A stretch of 64,000 nucleotides of DNA, taken from assembly GCA_017506175.1 (NCBI GenBank), contig JAFVNW010000043.1, positions 19,012 through 83,011 of the forward strand, given 5' to 3'. Positions 17,603-24,922 of the stretch are shown piece by piece. The DNA comes from Bacteroidales bacterium. GTDB taxonomy: Bacteria; Bacteroidota; Bacteroidia; Bacteroidales; WCHB1-69. Position 1 is the stretch's first letter. Each line of letters begins with the position of its first letter. The position numbers and the translations under genes were made by a program. Below the pieces are notes generated by a model. The model searched no databases, was not told where the DNA came from, and saw nothing but the letters and a program-made list of their open reading frames with translations.

Positions 17603-18707
17603 AGTTGATGAAATTTGCAGCGCAGCAGGCGCTGGCGAAAGCGAAGAAGAGGTTGTAACCGCCGCACACGCCGTCAATGTTCAGCATTTCTCCCACAACG
17701 TAAAGATGCGGAAAGCGTTTCAGTTCAAAGTTTTCGGTGATTTCCGTGACCTCGATTCCTCCATGGCACACTTGGGCGAATTCCAATTCGTAGAAGTCGT
17801 CAATCTTCAAGCGGAAATCCCTGAGATTGAAGCGGTTCTGCAAAAACAGCCGGTTCAGCTTCGGATGAACGAGACCAGCCACATCATGGAATTTCAGCAG
17901 ATGATTCTTCACATCGTATTCGTCGTCGTCAGGCAGGAAATTGAGGGATACCTCGCAATTCCGCTTGTCGTCCAATCGATTGTAATATGCTGATAGATTG
18001 AGTATTACGATTCCAGAAATGCCGTCCTCCTTGAAAACGACCTCGCCGTTCTCCCTGAATATCGGTTCCCCGTTCCGAAGAAGCGTCGCCTTCACCTTAG
18101 CTTTGCAGCCAAAAAGCGATTTCGGGTAGCTCTTGATCTTGAACCCTGAAAGTGAAGGCGTGAATTCGGTTCTTTTTAGTTGGAAATCCGACAGGTAACT
18201 ACAGAAATTCCGGCGGTTCTTGGGTATGATGCCGGCGGGGGTGCCGCTGGCGAAAATCACCTCATCGAAAAGCTCCTTTTCATCGTTAATCTGCCATTTC
18301 TTCTCGGCTTTTGTGACGTTTTCAACGTTAAAACCACATCGGATGGTCACGTTTTCCCCAAGATTATTCAGCAGGACATCCACCACCGTTTGGGAGAAGA
18401 AAGAAGATGGATAGACGCGCCCTTCCTCATCCACGCTCATCTTCAGCCCCATTTGGGCGAACTCGTCGCGTATTTGTTCGTAGTTGACCTTTTGCAGAAA
18501 ACGCTGCATGAATTCGGCGTTGTTGTAATGTCGGGTTTGGATGTCGGCATTGAGGATGTTGGCTTTTCCTCCGCCTGATGCGCGCAATTTGGTGGCAACC
18601 TTGTTCGCCTTTTCAAAAACGGTGATTCTAAAATCTTGATTTTCAGAAAGTTTCTTCGCGGCGAACAACCCCGCTGAGCCGGCTCCGATGATGGCGATGT
18701 ATTTCAT
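17592..18707 (-). CDS. HI0933/BaiN-like (aminoacetone oxidase family) FAD-binding protein
   Basis: N-terminus MKYIAIIGAGSAGLFAAKKL (GxGxxG). C-terminus GEMLNIDGVCGGYNLFFAFASA is typical of the family. Confidence 0.7.
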   Translation of the reverse strand: MKYIAIIGAGSAGLFAAKKLSENQDFRITVFEKANKVATKLRASGGGKANILNADIQTRHYNNAEFMQRFLQKVNYEQIRDEFAQMGLKMSVDEEGRVYPSSFFSQTVVDVLLNNLGENVTIRCGFNVENVTKAEKKWQINDEKELFDEVIFASGTPAGIIPKNRRNFCSYLSDFQLKRTEFTPSLSGFKIKSYPKSLFGCKAKVKATLLRNGEPIFRENGEVVFKEDGISGIVILNLSAYYNRLDDKRNCEVSLNFLPDDDEYDVKNHLLKFHDVAGLVHPKLNRLFLQNRFNLRDFRLKIDDFYELEFAQVCHGGIEVTEITENFELKRFPHLYVVGEMLNIDGVCGGYNLFFAFASACCAANFINYGN

Positions 18708-18742
18708 GTGTGCGGTGTGATGCTTGAGGTAGATGGTAGCCT

Positions 18743-19519
18743 TCAGTCGTTGGTCTTTATTGCAAGCAGCTCTTCAACAATTTTCTGGGAGTATTTGGCT
18801 GCGACGTCAACGATGAATTTCCCGAAATCGACGCTGGCGTTGTCGTCGCCGCTGTCGGAAATCACGCGGATGACGGTGAGGGGTGTTTCGTATTCGCAGC
18901 AGACCTGCGCTACGGCGGCGCCTTCCATTTCAACGCAGAGTATGGATGGAATGGCTTTCAGCAGATTCTCCTTTTGCTCGTTGGTGGAGAAAAAGGAGTC
19001 GCCACTGGCAATGTCGCCTACATAAAAGTGAGGGTTGTTTAATTGGAATTTAGTGATTTGCGATTCTGTAAAGCAGGTTTGGAAATAAGACGGTTCCAAA
19101 AATTTGGCTACGGCTGCCGTAGCCTCCCTAACCTCCTTCTCTTGTGCCACGATGAATTGGGTCTTCAAAAATGGGATTTCGTATTTGGGCAGGATTGGGG
19201 AGCAGTCGAAGTCGTGCTGTACAAAGCGTTTGCCGATGACGACATCGCCCACGCGTAGGTTGGGCGCCATCGCGCCGGCCGTGCCCACGAAAACAATCTC
19301 GTTCACCTTGAAATGGTCGATGAGCATCGTGGTAGTGGCTGCGGCGCCCACCTTTCCCCAACGTGAAAACACCACCACAACGTCCTTCCCGGCAATTCGC
19401 CCTTCGTAATAAGTCCGGCAACCGATGGTTTGTGTGGTGTAATCCTTTACGATTTTCAATATGTCGGAAACTTCTTCCAACATCGCACATAATATTCCGA
19501 TTCTATTGTTCATGTTCAT
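18743..19519 (-). CDS. mtnN: 5'-methylthioadenosine/S-adenosylhomocysteine nucleosidase
   Basis: Blocks IGILCAMLEE, GKVGAAATTTMLI, VFVGTAGA, VEMEGAAVAQVC and RVISD. Confidence 0.8.
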   Translation of the reverse strand: MNMNNRIGILCAMLEEVSDILKIVKDYTTQTIGCRTYYEGRIAGKDVVVVFSRWGKVGAAATTTMLIDHFKVNEIVFVGTAGAMAPNLRVGDVVIGKRFVQHDFDCSPILPKYEIPFLKTQFIVAQEKEVREATAAVAKFLEPSYFQTCFTESQITKFQLNNPHFYVGDIASGDSFFSTNEQKENLLKAIPSILCVEMEGAAVAQVCCEYETPLTVIRVISDSGDDNASVDFGKFIVDVAAKYSQKIVEELLAIKTND

Positions 19520-19992
19520 TATTTTCTTTCAATTATCATTGTGTATCCTTTTTTTTCCCCACTCTCTTTTTTCTCGTTTTTCGCAGCTGGGGTGGTCGTA
19601 TAGCTGATGGTGGTAGTGCTTTGCAGCGGTTGTGGGGCCAGTTTGAAATGAATGTGCAGTTTGCAGTTCGATTTCAGGCGGATGCCGCGGTTGTGGGCTT
19701 TCCCGTATTTCAGCAGCCTGACGAGCCGGAGGGCCTCCTCATTGCACGATGGACACAAGCCTTTCGAAATGGTCGGATTCATGATTTCCCCCTCGTCGGT
19801 TACCATGTATTCTACAGTTACTATGCCTTCAATTCGTTGGCTGATAGCATCTTCCGGATACTGCAAGTGCGCTTTGATGAACTCATTCAGCGCTTTTTTG
19901 CCGCCGGGGTATTCGGGCTTTTCCAAAAACTGTTTGGGCTTTTTTTGCTTTTTTTCTTCCATCTTCAAATCGGTTGGCAAAAATACATTCAT
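19519..19992 (-). CDS. Small TonB C-terminal-domain-like protein with no obvious membrane anchor
   Basis: The TonB_C-like block PEYPGGKKALNEFIKAHLQYPEDAISQRIEGIVTVEYMVTDEGEI is present. No TM or Pro-rich segment is seen. Its stop overlaps the mtnN start (TAATG). Confidence 0.55.
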   Translation of the reverse strand: MNVFLPTDLKMEEKKQKKPKQFLEKPEYPGGKKALNEFIKAHLQYPEDAISQRIEGIVTVEYMVTDEGEIMNPTISKGLCPSCNEEALRLVRLLKYGKAHNRGIRLKSNCKLHIHFKLAPQPLQSTTTISYTTTPAAKNEKKESGEKKGYTMIIERK

Positions 19993-19998
19993 TTTTGC

Positions 19999-20006
19999 TA
20001 ATTTTG
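19999..20006 (+). promoter_or_regulatory. -7 promoter box (TAATTTTG) for the 2-hydroxyacid dehydrogenase gene
   Basis: Lies 29 nt upstream of the ATG at 20035. Confidence 0.5.
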
Positions 20007-20034
20007 CCCTCGTTTTCTAAAAAAATATTGAAAG

Positions 20035-20955
20035 ATGAAAATTGCTGTATTAGAACCGCTTGGAGTTTCCACGGATTTTTTGAAGGAAAAAATAGTCGCA
20101 AAGATTGGCACTCAACATGATTTGATATTCTATCCCGACAGGAAAGAGGATGCCGCCACCTTGGTTGAGCGCAGTCAAGGGGCCGATATAGTGGTGCTTT
20201 CCAATATCCCTTATCGCAAGGATGTTATTGAAAAATGTCCCGCGCTGAAGAAGATTTGCGTGGCGTTCACCGGCGTTGACCACATCGACTTGGCTTACTG
20301 CGCCGAACGTGGAATCGAAGTGAAGAACTGCGCCGGCTATTCCACGGTGGCTGTGGCCGACCTCGCTTTCGGACTGGTGCTTTCGTTGGCCCGCAACATT
20401 CCCGCTTGCGACCGCGCCTGCCGCGATGGCAAGACGAAGGACGGGCTGGTAGGTTTTGAGTTGGCGGGCAAGAAGTTCGGCATTGCCGGACTTGGGGCCA
20501 TTGGCTCACGCGTTGCTGACATTGCCCATGCTTTCGGTTGTGAGGTTTTCGCCTACACCCGTACACCGAAAAACCATCCCAATGTGACTTTGGTGGATAA
20601 GGAGACGCTTTTCCGCACTTGCGACATCGTCTCGCTGCACACTCCACTCAACGACAGCACGCGTGGACTGGTAGGGGAGAAGGAACTCTCGTGGATGAAG
20701 CCGACCGCTTATCTCATCAACACGGCTCGTGGCGGAGTGGTGGATACGCCTGCTTTGGTGGATGCCCTCCGCAATCATCGTATCGCTGGTGCTGGCATTG
20801 ATGTTTTCGACATGGAACCACCCATTCCAGCTGATTGTCAATTGAATAAGCTGCCCAATGTGGTGGTTACTCCGCACGTGGCTTTTGCTACGAAGCAGGC
20901 ATTTGAGAAGCGCGCTCTCATCATCGCCGACAATTTAGCTGGATGGACGAGGTAG
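20035..20955 (+). CDS. D-isomer-specific 2-hydroxyacid dehydrogenase (NAD-binding; glycerate/phosphoglycerate dehydrogenase-like)
   Basis: NAD motif GIAGLGAIGSRVA. Also LH.PL...T..L, ARG..VD and TPH. Confidence 0.8.
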   Translation: MKIAVLEPLGVSTDFLKEKIVAKIGTQHDLIFYPDRKEDAATLVERSQGADIVVLSNIPYRKDVIEKCPALKKICVAFTGVDHIDLAYCAERGIEVKNCAGYSTVAVADLAFGLVLSLARNIPACDRACRDGKTKDGLVGFELAGKKFGIAGLGAIGSRVADIAHAFGCEVFAYTRTPKNHPNVTLVDKETLFRTCDIVSLHTPLNDSTRGLVGEKELSWMKPTAYLINTARGGVVDTPALVDALRNHRIAGAGIDVFDMEPPIPADCQLNKLPNVVVTPHVAFATKQAFEKRALIIADNLAGWTR

Positions 20956-20993
20956 GAGGTAGGCAGAATTGCGGTGATCGCTAAATTGAAAAA

Positions 20994-21344
20994 AACAGCA
21001 GTCTGTAAGCCGGGTTCTGTCTGGCTTGCACCAGTTCCGTCATTTATCTAGGACGGCCGTCACCGGCCGTCTCAATCGACCTACCCTCCGAGTTGGGCGA
21101 GCAACCCTCAAGCCTCGGTTTATTTGGTTTTTCAACCCGTGGGGTTTACCATCGCCGGCATCACTGACGGCGTCGTGAGCTCTTACCTCGCGTTTTCACC
21201 CTTACCTGCCAAAGCAGGCGGTATCTTTTCTGTGGCACTTGCCGTGACCCTTGCGAGCCCCTTCCTGTTAAGAAGCACGGTGCTCTGTGTTGCCCGGACT
21301 TTCCTCTCCTCCCTTGCGGGAGCAGCGACGGAACAACTGCTGTT
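20994..21344 (-). ncRNA. rnpB: RNase P RNA, bacterial type A
   Basis: The minus strand carries GAGGAAAGTCCGGGC (21292-21306), GGTAAGGGTGAAA, GGTAAGAGC, GGTAAACCCCAC, CTAGATAAATGAC and ACAGAACCCGGCTTA (21006-21020). P1 pairs CAGCAGTTGT with ACAGACTGCTG and is followed by a T run. Ends are good to about +/-5 nt. Confidence 0.9.
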
Positions 21345-21992
21345 TTATCTGTCCGTAAAAACGTACTGTATAATGTCAGCCCCCATTCTCAGCGCCTTCA
21401 GATGCGTGGCTTCGGAATCGTGGTGCACTTCTGTGTCTTCCCAGCCGTCGCCCAAGTCGCACTCGTAAGTGTAGAGGCACACGAGCCGTCCTTCCCAAAT
21501 CAGCCCGAAAGCCTGTGCCGGCTTGCCGTCGTGTTCGTGAATCTTCGGCAATCCATTGGGAAATGGGAATTTCTGGTGGAAAATGGGGTGACTATATGGT
21601 AGTTCTACGAAATCCAATTCAGGGAAAACCAGTTTCATCTGCGAGCGGGCAAACTTGTCGAGGCCATAGTTGTCGTCGATGTGCAGGAATCCGCCGGAAA
21701 GCAGGTACATCCGCAGATTCTGTGCCTCGTCATTGGAGAAAATCACATTGCCGTGTCCAGTCATGTGTACGAAGGGGTATTGGAAAATGTCGGTGCTGCC
21801 CACCTCCACCGTGGCAGGCTTGGGGTCCAGCGACATGTTGAGGTTCTTGTTGCAGAATTCAATCAGGTTGCCCAATGACGTAGGGTTGGCGTACCAATCG
21901 CCGCCCCCGCGATACTTCAATAGCGCAATCTGTTGACCTTGAGCCCCTTGCGCCATCATTACCATGATTACGATGTATATTATTCTCTTCAT
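21345..21992 (-). CDS. DUF4159 domain protein (secreted)
   Basis: Signal peptide. The block LLKYRGGGDWYANPTSL.NL...FVHMTGHGN..FS..E...LR.YL..GGFLHIDDNYG matches DUF4159. Confidence 0.7.
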   Translation of the reverse strand: MKRIIYIVIMVMMAQGAQGQQIALLKYRGGGDWYANPTSLGNLIEFCNKNLNMSLDPKPATVEVGSTDIFQYPFVHMTGHGNVIFSNDEAQNLRMYLLSGGFLHIDDNYGLDKFARSQMKLVFPELDFVELPYSHPIFHQKFPFPNGLPKIHEHDGKPAQAFGLIWEGRLVCLYTYECDLGDGWEDTEVHHDSEATHLKALRMGADIIQYVFTDR

Positions 21993-22062
21993 TGTTGTCT
22001 GTGATGAGACGCTAAATATAGCGTTGTTACCGTTTCTATCTTATCTCCCAGCTCCTATCTGA

Positions 22063-24168
22063 TCAGTATCCTCCGCCCCATTTACGCATAAACCATTCAA
22101 TGCCAAGTAGCAACACAATGATTACGAGGTAAATCCAACTATTGAGGAGTGGGCTGTACTTCTTGTTGTAGGTGACCACCGGCTTGATGGTGTCGTTGTC
22201 TTTGATGGCCTTTTCCACTTGCTCCAATTGGTCAATGGTGAAGAATCGGCCTTGCGACTGTTGTGAGATGGTTCGGAGCAGGTCGTGGTTGGCAACGAGG
22301 CTCATGCTTTCAAGCAACACTTCCTGAACGGTGAAATGTCCGCTTTTGGTATAGGTGCCAGTGCCGGTGGAAGTTGTGGCCACCCATTGGTAGTCGCCGA
22401 CGGGGAGCTTGCCGAGGTTGAGGGAATAGCTGTTGTTCTGTTTGGAGAATAGGGAGTTGAATTCTTTGCCGCTGGCGTCGGTCAGTTTGAAGCGTACATC
22501 GGGGGTGTTGACGAGTTCATAGCTTTCGTTATAGACTTCTGCGCTGAGTTCAACGGGGGTGTTCTCATTGAAGAGTTCTGCGCAATGAACGCGGAAATAG
22601 CTTCGGTCTCCCTTTACGGAGAGGTAAAGCGCGATTTTGTTGATGATTTCGTCGAAGGCGTCGAAGTTCTGGGTGCGCAGGTAGTTCTGCATGCGCCAGC
22701 GCCAGATGTCGGTGCCGGCAATAACGCCCGTACGTGTCTGGTCGTGCTCGTAGAATGAAATCAGCGGATAGTTGCTTTCCACATTGTTGATTTTCTGGAA
22801 CATGAAGACGTTCGTCCCCACCGCGGTCTGGTAGTTCCCGAAATAGGTGACGAGGGGCGTGTAGTTTTTCAACATCTGACGGGCTTCTTCCGAGAAGGTG
22901 AAGGCCAGGAAGTTGTCGTTGAAATAGGGCATGGATTCGTTAAAAAGCGTTTGTCCGCGCTGACTCGCGTTGATGGAGAGCCCCGCTCCAAACTGGTTGA
23001 ACGTCGTCAAATTGGTCTGTTTCCCGATAATGTACAAAGCGGGGATGCCGTTCTGGCGGATTTTGCTCAGCAAATTCCCGCCCACGTTGGTTTGGGATGG
23101 CAGTTGGTGCAGGATGAAAAGCGAGTAGTCGTTCGGATTTTTATTGAATCCATCTGCGGAGAATGTTTCCACTTCATACTTGTCGGAGGTCTCAACGGCC
23201 TGCTTGATGGCTGCCACATCGGGGTGCGGGGCCGCATACACGATGGCGATTCTCTCGCGCGAGTCAACCACCTCGATGAAAAAAGAGCTCTCGTTGTTCT
23301 TGTAGGTGATTTCCCCGTCGAGTCGGGTCAGTGTGACGCGATACTTCTGAAGCCCTTTCTTTTGGGCTTCCATCGTCGTCTTCACGGTTTCAAAGTGTTG
23401 GTTCCCGCGGATGTCGATGTTCTTTGTGAAAACGACATTCTCGTTTTCATAAATGTTGAGAATGGCCTGCTTGCCCGCAAGGTGGTTGGCGGCGACCTTG
23501 ATTTCCACAGGGAAATAGTTGCCGATGAAGGTCTGCCGGTTGTGGATGATGTCGGCGATGAGGGCATCGGTTTGAATGGTCGTGTCGCCTGGGGCCACGG
23601 TGTGAATCGGGAATTTCAATTTCTCAGCCTGGTATTGGGGATTGCTGCCAGAATTGTAGATGCCGTCGGAAACCAAGACCATCGCGCCCACGTTGTGGTT
23701 TGCGTACAGATTGTCCACCTCTTCAAAAAGGGACGAGATATTGGTGGCCTTATCAGTAAAGTCGGCTTTGAATGGTTCATTGTCACTGGCTATTTTGTTC
23801 GTTTCTCCAATCAAGTAGGTCTTGATTTCGTATTTATCGCCGAAATCATGGATGAGTTTATCCATTTTTGCTTGAAAATCAGAACGATAAAAAGTCGAGT
23901 CTTGGGTGGATGCCATGGATTCGGAATTGTCGATGGCGAAGATGAGCAGGGGTTTGTCGCTCTCACGCACGCTCAGTTTGAGCATGGGCGCGAGCAGCAG
24001 TATGGAGATCAAGGTTACGGAAACTCCGCGCAGAACTGACATCACAATGGCCGCCCGCTTGTCAAAGTCGGTGTTCCTGTTGCGGAAATAGAGTGCAAAC
24101 GCGAAAATCACGCCTAAGGCGACACACAGCAAAATAAACCAGAGTGAGTATTCCGTAAGTATTGACAT
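22063..24168 (-). CDS. Membrane protein with a BatA-like N-terminal double-TM domain and a VWA-like domain
   Basis: N-terminal two TM helices (LWFILLCVALGVIFAFALYF... / ...VTLISILLLAPML). MIDAS-like motif LLIFAIDNSESM. C-terminal TM helix. Confidence 0.6.
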   Translation of the reverse strand: MSILTEYSLWFILLCVALGVIFAFALYFRNRNTDFDKRAAIVMSVLRGVSVTLISILLLAPMLKLSVRESDKPLLIFAIDNSESMASTQDSTFYRSDFQAKMDKLIHDFGDKYEIKTYLIGETNKIASDNEPFKADFTDKATNISSLFEEVDNLYANHNVGAMVLVSDGIYNSGSNPQYQAEKLKFPIHTVAPGDTTIQTDALIADIIHNRQTFIGNYFPVEIKVAANHLAGKQAILNIYENENVVFTKNIDIRGNQHFETVKTTMEAQKKGLQKYRVTLTRLDGEITYKNNESSFFIEVVDSRERIAIVYAAPHPDVAAIKQAVETSDKYEVETFSADGFNKNPNDYSLFILHQLPSQTNVGGNLLSKIRQNGIPALYIIGKQTNLTTFNQFGAGLSINASQRGQTLFNESMPYFNDNFLAFTFSEEARQMLKNYTPLVTYFGNYQTAVGTNVFMFQKINNVESNYPLISFYEHDQTRTGVIAGTDIWRWRMQNYLRTQNFDAFDEIINKIALYLSVKGDRSYFRVHCAELFNENTPVELSAEVYNESYELVNTPDVRFKLTDASGKEFNSLFSKQNNSYSLNLGKLPVGDYQWVATTSTGTGTYTKSGHFTVQEVLLESMSLVANHDLLRTISQQSQGRFFTIDQLEQVEKAIKDNDTIKPVVTYNKKYSPLLNSWIYLVIIVLLLGIEWFMRKWGGGY

Positions 24169-24186
24169 CGTTCTTTTTTAAGGCGG

Positions 24187-24194
24187 CAAAATTA
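24187..24194 (-). promoter_or_regulatory. -7 promoter box (TAATTTTG) for the 22063-24168 gene
   Basis: The reverse complement of caaaatta lies 19 nt upstream of the start at 24168. Confidence 0.5.
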
Positions 24195-24228
24195 CATCTT
24201 TTTGCCGACATATCATTTCAAATTTTTG

Positions 24229-24236
24229 TATTTTTG
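24229..24236 (+). promoter_or_regulatory. -7 promoter box (TATTTTTG) for the PASTA gene and T9SS cargo cluster
   Basis: Lies 48 nt upstream of the ATG at 24284. Confidence 0.45.
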
Positions 24237-24283
24237 CAGTCTCGTAAAATAAAATCTGCATTCTCAAGTTATCATATTCTGTC

Positions 24284-24922
24284 ATGAGCAAATTCACGGA
24301 TTTTTTTAGACCTCAGCGAATGGGTTTCCATTTGATTCTGGCGGTCATTGTCACCGTCGTTATTGTTTTTATGGTGGCTTTTCTCCTGAAAAAATACACC
24401 CATCACGGGGTTGAAGTAACTCTGCCCGATTATGTCGGACAGAATGCCGACGCTTTGATGAATTCCGACACGACCGACTTCATTTTCGTGGTCCGCAATA
24501 CGGTTTTTGACAAGAATAAACCGACGGGAACGATTATGGAGCAGGATCCGTTGGCCGGAGATAAGGTGAAGCCCGGCAGGAAAGTATTCTTGACAATATC
24601 CAATTCCAAGCCCAAAATGGTGAGAATGCCGCAGTTGGCTGGTGCGGGTGGACTTCGTAGGGCGCAGAATCTGCTCCAGACATCCGGATTGGTTCTTGAA
24701 AACGTACTGTATGTGGATAGCGATATGGATGCCGGACTGGTCATCGAGCAGTTCTACCGCAATCGCCCGATTGCAGCGGGGGCTATGGTTGAAGAGGGCT
24801 CCAAAATTACACTTCAGGTCAGTGCAGGCAAAGTGATTACCGATAGTGCTTCTTTGAACTTGGGTGAAGAGTCCTTGGAAGCCCCATCCGCCCACTATTC
24901 CATATCTGAAGATGATTTTTAA
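24284..24922 (+). CDS. Membrane-anchored PASTA-domain protein
   Basis: One TM helix followed by repeated ~65-aa PASTA-like units (V.LPDYVGQN...G.I..Q.P..G..V..G.K..L). Confidence 0.7.
   Translation: MSKFTDFFRPQRMGFHLILAVIVTVVIVFMVAFLLKKYTHHGVEVTLPDYVGQNADALMNSDTTDFIFVVRNTVFDKNKPTGTIMEQDPLAGDKVKPGRKVFLTISNSKPKMVRMPQLAGAGGLRRAQNLLQTSGLVLENVLYVDSDMDAGLVIEQFYRNRPIAAGAMVEEGSKITLQVSAGKVITDSASLNLGEESLEAPSAHYSISEDDF

Noticed and set aside
21124-21468. 114-aa plus-strand ORF in the ORF track
   Set aside because: It lies antisense across the RNase P RNA gene. Its open frame comes from the GC-rich structured RNA sequence. It has no promoter box and no recognisable protein motif.
22951-24039. 362-aa ORF antisense to the VWA membrane protein gene. 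Similar long antisense ORFs occur at 4451-5206, 24272-24895, 25150-25902, 25903-26946, 28322-29185, 40044-40952, 42153-42902, 43174-44022, 44695-45444, 52608-53348, 61086-61922 and 62803-63423.
   Set aside because: Each lies fully inside a well-supported gene on the other strand that has clear family motifs. Their products are Arg/Gly/His/Val-rich with no domains and no upstream -7 boxes. This is the shadow-ORF pattern expected at roughly 50 percent GC.
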